Assembly (NCBI GenBank): GCA_031367385.1
Contig: JANLPS010000244.1
Location: forward strand, 1 to 30,630
Reading direction: 5' to 3'
Source of the DNA: Archangium sp.
GTDB lineage: Bacteria; Myxococcota; Myxococcia; Myxococcales; Myxococcaceae
Length of the DNA stretch: 30,630 nt
The position numbers and the translations under genes are program-made. The notes under the pieces were generated by a model. The model did not search any database and was not told the DNA's origin. It was given only the letters and a program-made list of their open reading frames with translations. The first letter of the stretch is position 1, and each line of letters begins with the position of its first letter. Positions 1-8,637 of the stretch are shown here, one piece after another.

Positions 1-308
1 ACCAGCGCGCACTGCTGCGGCGCTCGCCCGCCTACCGCTCGCCCCGCTGTTTCGCGCTCAGCTTCGGCGGCAGTCGCCGCCAAACCGAAAACAACTGCCA
101 CTTTTCTGAATGAAAGCCTCGGCCCCAAACGCCGGGGCTTACCTGTCTGGTCAACCTCGTCACGCTATTTCACGCGGCAGCGCAATTCGGACAATCGCAC
201 TGACCGCGTCACGAAACAGCGTGGTGACCTGCCGATCAAACAACGCGGTCAACAACACCACTGGTCGCCTCCGGCGGCGACCGACCGACCGACGACGCGA
301 AACTCAGA

Positions 309-623
309 TCACTCACTCTGCCGCTGATCTGCGCCCGGTCCACTCCTCACGAGCAAAGGTGGGCCACTTCTCGCGAGCGCTGAAGCGCCACCACTGCCAT
401 CAATGCTCGAGTCACAAATTCTCCGTGCTTGGTCGAACGGCAGCAGCAACAGCTCGTCGCCAGTCTTCGCGTCTTCGAGGCTCCCCCTGCATGGAAAGCC
501 GAAATCGCCGTTCGCCGTGCAACGAGCGGCTTGGTGCTCTTTGCGCAACACCTCGTCAGACAGCTCGAACAGCTTCGCAAAGGGCTCGCTTTCAACGCCG
601 CTGACCCGAAATGGATGGTTCAT
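309..623 (-). pseudogene. Truncated DUF1203-family gene
   Basis: From ATG 623, MNHPFRVSGVESEPFAKLFELSDEVLRKEHQAARCTANGDFGFPCRGSLEDAKTGDELLLLPF matches the DUF1203 N-terminus (F.LSD..L...GFPCR.SL.DA..GE.LLL). Similarity stops near 430 and the C-terminal half is missing. Confidence 0.65.
337..385. mobile_element. Possible transposon/IS terminal region (tandem imperfect repeats)
   Basis: Two 18-bp direct repeats, GGTCCACTCCTCACGAGC (337-354) and GGGCCACTTCTCGCGAGC (361-378), 15/18 identical with a 24-bp period, followed by GCTGAAG. The layout resembles tandem transposase-binding sites at DDE transposon ends. No transposase is present in the window. Confidence 0.35.
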
Positions 624-746
624 GACAGCGACTATTGCGCGTTCGTTCTTCCAGATCTGGCGAGAATCGGACCTTGTGTCACCGAGCGTTTGGCCACTGC
701 ACGCGCGTCGCCCGCGAGAGATTGGCTCTGCCGAACGCGAACGGTC

Positions 747-1385
747 ATGGCGATGCCAGCGACAGTAATGATGGCGCCCATCGCCGATGAGAGTGGCCCG
801 GTCACCGATGATGTCGTTCGTCGCTCGCCTCGTGAGCCTGAGATGCTCGAGCGGGCGTGGGCCTTGCCGGTGGCGTCGAAGTACCCGAGGCCTCCGCTGT
901 GGCAGTCGAACCCGTCTGCGTGTGGGCCGACCGCGGTGGCCAACGTGCTGCACTCGACGGGAGCGCTCGAAGCCACCGCCGACAGCGTCGCTGAATTCGG
1001 CGCCGGGTGTTTCAAAGGGGTGTGCTTCGGCGGGCTGACGCTCGAGAAGTTGGCGACGGCGACCCGCGGGGCGGCTCCGAAGTGGCAGGTGACTGCGCTG
1101 CACACGCTGACGCTCGAGCAATTTCGCGACGAGCTGCGGCAGGCGAATGCGCTCGATCGCCGGCTGATCATCAACTTTCACCGCGGGCCCCTGTTCGGCA
1201 CCGGTGGCGGGCACCACTCCCCCATCGCGGGGTACCTGGAGGCCGACGATCTGGTCTTCGTGCTCGACGTGAACGAGCACTACCAACCGTGGTTGGTGCC
1301 AGCACCGCGGCTATATGAGGCGATGCACACCGTTGACCCCTCGAGTGGCGAGCTGCGCGGGCTGTTGCGCTTGGAGCTTCGGTAA
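747..1385 (+). CDS. Phytochelatin synthase family (papain-like C83) protein; start uncertain
   Basis: Q..C in QSNPSACG, GLTL motif, NFHRGPLFGTGGGHHSPI (His) and VLDV (Asp) give an intact Cys-His-Asp triad. C-terminus is TVDPSSGELRG. The ORF-track start at 429 overlaps the DUF1203 remnant and is unlikely. Confidence 0.85.
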   Translation: MAMPATVMMAPIADESGPVTDDVVRRSPREPEMLERAWALPVASKYPRPPLWQSNPSACGPTAVANVLHSTGALEATADSVAEFGAGCFKGVCFGGLTLEKLATATRGAAPKWQVTALHTLTLEQFRDELRQANALDRRLIINFHRGPLFGTGGGHHSPIAGYLEADDLVFVLDVNEHYQPWLVPAPRLYEAMHTVDPSSGELRGLLRLELR

Positions 1386-1398
1386 TCGTTGGGACACC

Positions 1399-1423
1399 AA
1401 TGTACGAATTTCAGTACATTTTT
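1399..1423 (+). terminator. AT-rich inverted repeat with T-run: weak terminator or operator
   Basis: AATGTAC-N8-GTACATT followed by TTT, just after the stop at 1385 and between convergent genes. Confidence 0.3.
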
Positions 1424-1487
1424 GTAACGTGAGTCGACCACCAGGCGATTCGGGCTCTGGGCGGGTTTGTGTAACCTGAGCCGAGGC

Positions 1488-2462
1488 TCACGAAGGCTCG
1501 TCAGCGAACGGCCACCGCACCCGCAGCGCCAGGCCGAGCAGCCCATACCGCGCACGAAACGACGGCTCGCTCTGCACGAACCGAACGCTGCCCTCGGCCA
1601 ACACGTCGAGCCACGACACCGGGTGCACCACCACGCTCAGCGTGCCACCGATGCCCGGCACCACCACCCGAGAGAAGATCAGCTGCCCATCGAGCGTGAG
1701 CTGCGCGCCGAGCAACGCCCGGTAAATCGGCAACCGCCCGCCGAGCCGAAGTCCCGCTCCGCCGAAGGCCCCGAACATCGCGTCAAGCTCGGCCAGCCAG
1801 TAGCGGCCGAGCAGCGTCACTCCAAGCTCGAACGAAGCCCCTGAGCCCAGGTCGTACGACGAGCGGGCCACCAGCGCGGGCACTGCCACCCACGGAGTCT
1901 GCACCGGAGCCGGCGGCGGCCCCTGCACCAGCAGCGGCGCCCCTGAAGAGAGCACCAAGGTCTGCGGCTGGCGCGCGGCGATCACCACCTGCCTGACGCT
2001 GAACGCGCTGCCATTCGCGTCGATCACCTCGACCCGATGCACACCCACCGCCAGCAGCTGCTTGACCGGCGCGGCGCCGACCAGCACGCCGTCGATGCGA
2101 ATGCCAGCCGCGACAGGCTCGGTCTCGACGGTGAGCTGCGCGGCCAACCGGGTACGCGCGCGTTCGAAGATCGCCACGAATGCGGGAGACACGTCGAGCC
2201 CCTCGATGGTCAGCGTCGGGTCGGCGATCAAGGCGCTCGCGAGCGCGTCGTCACCATCGAGCGGCCTTCGCAGCGCCAAGTAGCACCGGGCTCGAAGCAG
2301 CTCGAAGCGAGCTCGCTCGGCCGACCCTTTCTCGAGCCGCAGCAAAGCCTCGACCTGAGTCAGCGCCGCCTCGAAGTTGCCGCTGTTGAACAGCGCGAGC
2401 CCCTCGTCGAGAGGTGCCTGAGCGCCGACCACCACCATGAGCACGAGCGCTGACCAGGTCAT
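1488..2462 (-). CDS. Secreted TPR-like + PEGA domain protein with beta-rich C-terminus
   Basis: Signal peptide, helical TPR-like segment (GLALFNSGNFEAAL), PEGA motif (LTVETEP.AAGIRIDG...G.AP...L.VG.HRVEV), then amphipathic beta strands. 4-bp overlap with the kinase stop indicates translational coupling. Confidence 0.8.
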   Translation of the reverse strand: MTWSALVLMVVVGAQAPLDEGLALFNSGNFEAALTQVEALLRLEKGSAERARFELLRARCYLALRRPLDGDDALASALIADPTLTIEGLDVSPAFVAIFERARTRLAAQLTVETEPVAAGIRIDGVLVGAAPVKQLLAVGVHRVEVIDANGSAFSVRQVVIAARQPQTLVLSSGAPLLVQGPPPAPVQTPWVAVPALVARSSYDLGSGASFELGVTLLGRYWLAELDAMFGAFGGAGLRLGGRLPIYRALLGAQLTLDGQLIFSRVVVPGIGGTLSVVVHPVSWLDVLAEGSVRFVQSEPSFRARYGLLGLALRVRWPFADEPS

Positions 2463-3946
2463 CGCTTCAAGTCAACCACCAGGCGTTCGTCGCGGCCAGC
2501 AATCACCTCGAGCACGCTTTCCGAAGCTCGAAAACCGTCTCGCACCAACCGAATTCGATGCTTGCCGGGCTTGAGCTCGAGCTGGGTCGGCGCTTCGCCC
2601 TGGCTTCGACCATCGACGAACAGCTCGGCGTAGCTCGACTTGCCGTCTACCGTGGTGACGACCGAAATCTTCGCCGCGGCCTCGCTGGGCGCCACGCGTA
2701 CGAGCTTGGCGTGCTTGGCCGTGCCCACCTGAGGCCGGGGAGCCGTCTTCACCGCGAGCTCACCCGCGCTCGGCGTCACCACCGCGCTGGGCGTGGCCTC
2801 GATGCTCCCTGGCTCAGGGCGCGCGTCGACCGGGGCCGGCGGGAGCGCCACCACCGTCGGTGCTGGTGTGGGGGTTGGGACCGGGGCGCTTTGACGAACC
2901 TTCGAGGCGATGACGCCCCCCACAGTCAGCACGGCCATCGCCATCGACGCCGCGGCGAGCCACCTCCACACGCCCCCGCGCCGTCTCGGCCCCGCGCGTC
3001 GCGCCGCGGCGTCGAGGCTGTCGAAGAGCACGCGAACGCTGGCGGGGCGGCCCGAGGGTTGGCGGCTGACCGCGCTGCGCAACAGCGCCCCCATCTCACC
3101 CGAGAGGTCTCGGTTGATCGAATCAGCGCTCGGCGGGTCTTCTGCGAGCTTGCGTTGCGCGACCAGCACATCGTCACCCGCGAAGGGCGTTTGGCCGGCG
3201 AGCATTCGGTACAACAAGATGCCCAGCGCATAGATGTCGGCCCGCGCATCGACCGGCGGGTCACCGGTCAGCTGCTCGGGCGCCATGAATCGCAGCGTGC
3301 CCAGTACGTGGCCAGTGGTGGTGGTGTCTTTCGAGGTCTCCTTCAAGATACCGAAGTCGAGCAGCGTCACCCGCCCGTCGGTGCCCAAATACACGTTGCT
3401 CGGTTTGACGTCGCGGTGCACCAGCCCCCGGCCGTGCAAGTACGACAAGCCCTGGCACAGCGGCTCGACGATGGTTCGCACGTCGGGCCACGGCCACACG
3501 CCCTTGCGTCGCTTGAGCGCCTCAGCCAGCGACTGGCCTTCGAGGTACTTCATGACGATGAAGGGCCGTTCGTAGAAACGCCCAATCGAATACACCGGCA
3601 CGATGTTCGGGTGATCGAGCCCCGCGGTCACCCGGGCCTCACGCTCGAAGCGGGCCACCGAGGTCGCGTCGTGGCACAGGTGCCGCGCCAAGACTTTCAC
3701 CGCGACCAACCGGTGCAGCTGGAGGTCGGTCGCCAACACCACGGTGCCCATGCCCCCCTCGCCCAGCTTCTTCTCGACGCGCCAATTGTCTTCGAGCACG
3801 TCTCCAATCGAGATCTCCCGGGCGGTCGGCTCGAGGCTCTGGCCAGGCGCGAGCGACACGGTCCCGGGCTGGGGCGACCCGCACCCTGCGCAGGCCGAAG
3901 CGCCGTCAACCAGAGGTTGACCGCAGTGAGTGCAGAGAGACTCCAT
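2459..3946 (-). CDS. Membrane Ser/Thr protein kinase with N-terminal zinc ribbon and C-terminal PEGA domain
   Basis: CxxC..CxxC, LGEGGMGTV, VAVK, HRDVKPSN, DFG, APE, D.YALG, one TM helix, Pro-rich linker and PEGA (LFVDG...G.AP..LEL.PGKHRIRL). Confidence 0.95.
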   Translation of the reverse strand: MESLCTHCGQPLVDGASACAGCGSPQPGTVSLAPGQSLEPTAREISIGDVLEDNWRVEKKLGEGGMGTVVLATDLQLHRLVAVKVLARHLCHDATSVARFEREARVTAGLDHPNIVPVYSIGRFYERPFIVMKYLEGQSLAEALKRRKGVWPWPDVRTIVEPLCQGLSYLHGRGLVHRDVKPSNVYLGTDGRVTLLDFGILKETSKDTTTTGHVLGTLRFMAPEQLTGDPPVDARADIYALGILLYRMLAGQTPFAGDDVLVAQRKLAEDPPSADSINRDLSGEMGALLRSAVSRQPSGRPASVRVLFDSLDAAARRAGPRRRGGVWRWLAAASMAMAVLTVGGVIASKVRQSAPVPTPTPAPTVVALPPAPVDARPEPGSIEATPSAVVTPSAGELAVKTAPRPQVGTAKHAKLVRVAPSEAAAKISVVTTVDGKSSYAELFVDGRSQGEAPTQLELKPGKHRIRLVRDGFRASESVLEVIAGRDERLVVDLKR

Positions 3947-3953
3947 CGAGAGG

Positions 3954-3963
3954 GACTATAGTC
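3954..3963. promoter_or_regulatory. Palindromic bidirectional -10 element (GACTATAGTC)
   Basis: Perfect 10-bp palindrome that reads TATAGT on both strands, in the 27-bp gap between divergent ATGs at 3946 and 3974. Confidence 0.55.
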
Positions 3964-3973
3964 TGTCACACCC

Positions 3974-5287
3974 ATGCCCTCTTTCAGTACGGCCCCGCTC
4001 GCCGACCCCTTGAGCGCGGAGGAACAGGCCACCTTCGACCCGACCCAGGTCAGTTATGGCCTCGAGGTGCTCACAGGCGCTCAGGTGGGCCAGATGCTGA
4101 CCGTTGGCGTCGAGGGGCTGATCATCGGCTCGGGCACCGACGCGACCCTGACGCTGAGCGACTCCACCGTGTCTCGGCGGCACGTCGAGCTCAAACCCAG
4201 CCCCCAAGGGGTGTGGGTCAAAGACCTCGGCTCGAAGAACGGCATTTTTCTCAATGGCGTGCGGGTCGAGGGCTTTCTGGTGCGCCGCGAGAGCACCTTC
4301 ACCGCCGGCACCACGGTCTTGCGGGTCTGCGCCACGCCAGCGCTGCAGACCGCCAACATCGCCGCGTTCGGTGACGCGATCGGCGGGTCGCCGGTGATGC
4401 AGACGATGTTCGCCTCCCTGCGTCGCGTCGCCCAGTCGCTCTCGAACATCGTGCTGCTCGGAGAGACCGGCACCGGCAAAGAAGTGCTGGCGAGGGCCAT
4501 TCACCAGGCCTCAGCCCGCCGGCATCGCCCCTTCGTGGTGGTCGACTGTGGGGGCTTGGCGCCGAACCTGGTCGAAAGTGAGCTCTTTGGTCACCTGCGC
4601 GGCTCGTTCACCGGCGCCGACGCCGAGCGCAAGGGTGCCTTTCTCTCGGCCGAAGGCGGCACGGTCTTTCTCGATGAGATTGGAGAGCTGCCGCTCGAGC
4701 TGCAGCCGAAGCTCTTGCGCGTGCTCGAGAGCCGAACCGTGCGGCGGGTGGGTGAAGATCGCGACCGGCCGATCGACGTGCGCATCATCGCCGCCACCCA
4801 CCGTGATTTGCCGCAGGCGGTGAAGTTGGGGGCCTTTCGAGAAGACCTCTACTTTCGCCTGGCGGTGCTGGTGACGCGGGTGCCACCGCTGCGAGAGCGC
4901 AAGACCGACTTGCCGCTGTTGATTCAGGCCATCTTGGCGCGGCTGGGCAGACCCGAGCTCGAGCTCTCACCCGCGCTGCTGGCGAGCTTTCAAGACCACG
5001 AGTGGCCAGGCAACGTGAGAGAGCTGCGCAACGTCATCGAGCGCGCGGTCAGCGGCGGCGTCAACGTGGTCGAAGCGGCTCCGAAGGCGTTGCTGGGTCA
5101 GGCCCCACCCCCCGACGCCGAGCTGCCGTACAAGGCGGCCAAGGAGCAGCTCGTCGAGCGCTTCACGCGCGAGTACTTCACGCGCTTGTTCGAGAAGAGC
5201 CAGAGCAACGTCACCGAGATGGCGAAAGCCGCCGGCATCGCGCGCACCTACGCGCACGAGCTGGTCAAGAAGTACGGGCTCAAGTAG
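3974..5287 (+). CDS. FHA-domain sigma54-dependent transcriptional activator (enhancer-binding protein)
   Basis: FHA motifs (IG, VSRRH, DLGSKNG), Walker [22 protein letters not shown], Walker [36 protein letters not shown] and a Fis-type HTH. Confidence 0.95.
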   Translation: MPSFSTAPLADPLSAEEQATFDPTQVSYGLEVLTGAQVGQMLTVGVEGLIIGSGTDATLTLSDSTVSRRHVELKPSPQGVWVKDLGSKNGIFLNGVRVEGFLVRRESTFTAGTTVLRVCATPALQTANIAAFGDAIGGSPVMQTMFASLRRVAQSLSNIVLLGETGTGKEVLARAIHQASARRHRPFVVVDCGGLAPNLVESELFGHLRGSFTGADAERKGAFLSAEGGTVFLDEIGELPLELQPKLLRVLESRTVRRVGEDRDRPIDVRIIAATHRDLPQAVKLGAFREDLYFRLAVLVTRVPPLRERKTDLPLLIQAILARLGRPELELSPALLASFQDHEWPGNVRELRNVIERAVSGGVNVVEAAPKALLGQAPPPDAELPYKAAKEQLVERFTREYFTRLFEKSQSNVTEMAKAAGIARTYAHELVKKYGLK

Positions 5288-5379
5288 CCCGCCTCCAAAG
5301 CGACCGAGCCGAGCCCGACGAGCAAGACCGAGACACGGGCGTTCACCTCCGCCAGCACGGCATCGCCAGGGCCATGCGT

Positions 5380-5409
5380 CGAAGGGGCGACTGCGCGTTT
5401 GCCCCTTCG
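5380..5409 (+). terminator. GC-rich hairpin downstream of the EBP gene
   Basis: CGAAGGGGC / GCCCCTTCG 9-bp inverted repeat. No U-tract. Confidence 0.3.
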
Positions 5410-5414
5410 TGCAG

Positions 5415-5484
5415 TGTCAGCTGCACCTGACGCTGCGCTCCCAGGCGACCACGGCAGGGCCCAGCCCGTCAGGGGCGCCTGACG
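5415..5484. promoter_or_regulatory. Two candidate enhancer (UAS) palindromes
   Basis: TGTCAGC-TGCA-CCTGACG (5415-5432) and CGTCAGG-GGCG-CCTGACG (5467-5484), 52 bp apart, upstream of a sigma54 promoter. Confidence 0.6.
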
Positions 5485-5544
5485 GACCGCTCGAGAAGCC
5501 CCATGTTCGAGCACGCAATTCACGCGCTTGGGGGCCTCAGCCAG

Positions 5545-5560
5545 TGGCCTCCCGCTTGCG
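5545..5560 (+). promoter_or_regulatory. Sigma54 -24/-12 promoter
   Basis: TGGCCTCCCGCTTGCG has exact GG-N10-GC spacing with TTGC. It is followed by AGGAG (5587-5591) and GTG at 5597. Confidence 0.7.
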
Positions 5561-5596
5561 TTGGGAGCCCCCGCACTCACCCAACCAGGAGTCTTC

Positions 5597-7291
5597 GTGC
5601 GAAACGCAATTACCCTTCGGTGCCTTCTCGTCGTGGTCTTCGCAGCGTGCACCGGCGAAGTCGGGGGCACTGGTGAGCCGAGCGTCACCCACTCCGACAT
5701 TCAGATGGTGGTCGCAGCCAATGCGCTGAGCCTTTCGGTCGGCGACGCCAAGCTCGTGAATGCCACCGTGTCGACGACCCCCGGGCGCGCCTTCACCCTC
5801 GACTTTTCGAGCTCGCGCCCGAGCGTGGTCTCGATGTCTCCGCTCGGCCTGGCGACGGCGTTGGCCGATGGCTCAGCCACCGTGACTGTTCGCGCCACGC
5901 TGCTCGACGGCGGGGGCTCGGCGTCGACGACCATCGCGGTGACCGTCGCCAGCAAGACCGTTTCGAGCCTCACGCTGGCGGTGCAAGGCGCTCCCACGCT
6001 GCCCTTCAACGGCACCTCGGCCACCGTCACCGTCGGCTTCGTGGGGCAGGCGCCCACGCAGGTCAACCTCTCGCGCGATGGCTACCCGGCGTTCGCGATG
6101 TGGCCGACCGATGCCTTCTTCACGCTCGCGGCCGACCAGAAATCACTCACCGGGCAGTGGTGCATCTCGGCGAGCTGCTGGGGCAACGTGAGTGGCGACC
6201 ACACCTTGAATGTCACCGCGAGCTACGCCGATGGCACCACCGCCTCGGCGGCGCTCACGCTCAGCGTGGTCGATGCCACCGGCGGCGGCAGTGGTGCTGG
6301 TACCGGCACTGCTGGCGGCACCGGCGGAGGGACCGGTACCGGCGGAGGCAGCGGCACTGGTACCAGCGGGAGCGCCATCACCGCCGCCATGTGGGCCGAG
6401 ATCGCCACCCAGCGCGCCGCCTTCGGTGACCCCAACGACTGCAAGGCCCGTGTTGATGCGGCAGTGCCGACGGGCACCGTGCTTGCGCCGGGTGGCAACC
6501 TCGCGGCCGCGCTCGCAGCGAGCAGCACCGTCGTTCTCCAGACCGGCACGTACACGCCCACCGGCAGTCTGCTCGCGATACCGACCGGCAAGAAGCTCAT
6601 CGCAGGCGCAGGCCAGAAGCCCGTCATCGACCTGTCGGCGTTGACGAATTTTGCTGCCATCTACGTGGGCGACGACGCGGTGCTCGCTGGCATCGACATC
6701 AGGGGCGCGCAGGGCATGTCGATCGTCACCTTCGACACCGGCAAGGGCCGCTACAGCAACGGCGGGCTCTTCTACAACCTGACGGTTCATGACTCGGGCC
6801 TGACCGGCTCGATGGACGACGGCACCGGCATCTCGATCAGCGGCGGCAGCAACGCGGGAGAGGGCCAGAACTGGTGCACGGTCGCGGTCGAGATCTACAA
6901 CTCGTGGAACCCCGCGGGCGTTGCCCCGGTCGGGCAAGGGGGCAACAGCGACGGGCTCAGCAGCAAGTTTGGCGCCGGTCAGAACACCTTCATCGGCCTC
7001 AACTCGCACAACAACGGCGACGACAGCGTCGACATGTGGCTGGGTGGCGCGACCTACCACTACTTCGGCAACTACCACGACAGCGGCAAGGTACCGAACG
7101 TCACCAACGCAGGCGATGGCAATGGCGTGAAGCTGGGCAAAGGCGACGTGGTGCACAAGTTCTACAAGAGCACCGCCACCAACAACAAAGCCTGCGGCTA
7201 CGACTTGAACGCCAACCTGCAAGACCCGCTGCTGGTGAGCTCGAGCGCGACCGGTAACCCCAATGGCGATTACTGCTACTTCACGCCCTGA
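5597..7291 (+). CDS. Lipoprotein with Ig-like domains, Gly/Thr linker and PL9 pectate-lyase-like right-handed beta-helix
   Basis: Lipobox VFAAC, Big_2-like segment (FSSSRPSVVS...GLATALADGSATVTV), Gly-rich linker and PL9-type motifs GGNSDG, NNGDDSVD and GDGNGVKLG. Confidence 0.75.
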   Translation: MRNAITLRCLLVVVFAACTGEVGGTGEPSVTHSDIQMVVAANALSLSVGDAKLVNATVSTTPGRAFTLDFSSSRPSVVSMSPLGLATALADGSATVTVRATLLDGGGSASTTIAVTVASKTVSSLTLAVQGAPTLPFNGTSATVTVGFVGQAPTQVNLSRDGYPAFAMWPTDAFFTLAADQKSLTGQWCISASCWGNVSGDHTLNVTASYADGTTASAALTLSVVDATGGGSGAGTGTAGGTGGGTGTGGGSGTGTSGSAITAAMWAEIATQRAAFGDPNDCKARVDAAVPTGTVLAPGGNLAAALAASSTVVLQTGTYTPTGSLLAIPTGKKLIAGAGQKPVIDLSALTNFAAIYVGDDAVLAGIDIRGAQGMSIVTFDTGKGRYSNGGLFYNLTVHDSGLTGSMDDGTGISISGGSNAGEGQNWCTVAVEIYNSWNPAGVAPVGQGGNSDGLSSKFGAGQNTFIGLNSHNNGDDSVDMWLGGATYHYFGNYHDSGKVPNVTNAGDGNGVKLGKGDVVHKFYKSTATNNKACGYDLNANLQDPLLVSSSATGNPNGDYCYFTP

Positions 7292-7323
7292 GCCAGAAGC
7301 AGAACGCGTATAACGTCAGCTTC

Positions 7324-8490
7324 GTGTCTTTGAAGCGATCGATCGGCCTCCTCGCCCTGATTCTGAGCACGACGGTCTGGGCCCAGGTGGTCGACGAGTC
7401 GCTCGAATCGGGCGGCCTGTCAGCCGCTTGGGCGCTCACCACCAAGTCGGGCATGACGCTCGAGGGGTCGACGCTCGCCGCCCATCGCGGGCGCTATGGC
7501 CTTCGGTTGGTCGACGCCGAAGACGCCGTTGACGCACAACCCGGCGCTTTCTTTTCGCGCACCATCGATGTCCCCGCTCCCACGCTGTTCACGCGGTTGT
7601 GGTTGCGCAAGGTCTCGAGCAACCGTCTGGGCGGCGCGAGCATCTGGCTCGCCCTCGAGCGCAAGGGCTCGGCGAGCGTTGAAGGCACTGCGTTCGCCTG
7701 GGCATTCGATGGTGACGGCAGGCTCTCGGGCATCGAGCAGGGCCTGTTTGCGAATGGCACGATTGACTACTCGACGCAGGCCTTCGATTCGCACCTCGAT
7801 GGCGGCTGGCAGCTGCTCGAGGCCGCGGTCTTGGGGCTCGGCGACAAAGCCACCGTTCGCTACGCGGTCGACGGTCAGATGGTGTTCGAACGCAGAAACG
7901 TCACCGCGGCGGCTGACAGGTTCAGCTCGGTGCGAGTCGGCGAGACCTACGCCAACGGCCCGGGCTTTCGCTGCACCCTCGACTTCGACGACCTGCGGGT
8001 CGACCCCATGCCGATGGGCAGCCGGCTCGAGCTCGACCTCGAGAGCCCCATCTCGCAGGCCCAGTGCGCGGCGCTCGAGGTCAAGCTGATGCCCACATTC
8101 TCGCTCGACGGCGGTGCGGTCGTGGCGGTCGCTGCGCCATATGCGCTGCAGCTTCGGGTTGAAGGGCTCGGCGCGCTGTTCTCCGATTCACGGTGCGCGG
8201 CGCTCGTCAGCCCGCCCAGCTTGGCCAAGGGGCAGAGCCAACAGACGTTCTATTTTCACGCGCCCGACGCGGGGCTCATTCGCGCCACCGTCGAGCACGA
8301 TGAGCTGCCGTCAGGCGATTTCATACCCGGCAGCGCGACCGCGACGGTGTTGCCTCCAGGCAGCGGGTCGCAGAGCTACTACGCGGTTCACTGCCAGGGG
8401 TGCGCCTCGGGGCCCGAGAGCGCCGGCTTCTTCGCGGTGGTGGTGCTGCTCGCCCAGCGGGCCCGACGCTCGAAGCGCCGCGCAGGCTGA
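7324..8490 (+). CDS. Secreted beta-rich protein with MYXO-CTERM-like sorting tail
   Basis: Signal peptide ending VWA-Q, beta-sandwich-like region ending LDFDDLRV, and C-terminal CQGCASG + hydrophobic stretch + Arg cluster. Confidence 0.75.
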   Translation: MSLKRSIGLLALILSTTVWAQVVDESLESGGLSAAWALTTKSGMTLEGSTLAAHRGRYGLRLVDAEDAVDAQPGAFFSRTIDVPAPTLFTRLWLRKVSSNRLGGASIWLALERKGSASVEGTAFAWAFDGDGRLSGIEQGLFANGTIDYSTQAFDSHLDGGWQLLEAAVLGLGDKATVRYAVDGQMVFERRNVTAAADRFSSVRVGETYANGPGFRCTLDFDDLRVDPMPMGSRLELDLESPISQAQCAALEVKLMPTFSLDGGAVVAVAAPYALQLRVEGLGALFSDSRCAALVSPPSLAKGQSQQTFYFHAPDAGLIRATVEHDELPSGDFIPGSATATVLPPGSGSQSYYAVHCQGCASGPESAGFFAVVVLLAQRARRSKRRAG

Positions 8491-8577
8491 GCACAGCGCC
8501 GGCGCGGTCTCACGGTCACGTGAGTGGCGGCTTCGCTTCGCTCTCTGAGCGTCACGCGGCGCCATTTTCCAAAGCGA

Positions 8578-8637
8578 ACTTTGAAAGTGACAAACTTGTA
8601 ATGTTGAAAGTGACAACCTCGTCACTTTGAAAGTGAC
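8578..8637. repeat. Three TTGAAAGTGAC copies at 23-bp period
   Basis: Exact 11-mers at 8581, 8604 and 8627. The third sits in the palindrome GTCACTTT-G-AAAGTGAC (8621-8637). Confidence 0.85.

Noticed and set aside
110..604. 164-aa plus-strand ORF and the full 309..1286 minus-strand ORF
   Set aside because: Arg/Ser-rich with no motifs. They are shadows of the DUF1203 remnant and the phytochelatin synthase gene.
6280..6375. Gly/Thr-rich GGCACC-type repeats
   Set aside because: Ordinary low-complexity coding linker.
8578..8637. 23-bp repeats as a mini-CRISPR (GAAA-containing repeat)
   Set aside because: The 11-bp repeats and 12-bp spacers are far below CRISPR dimensions.
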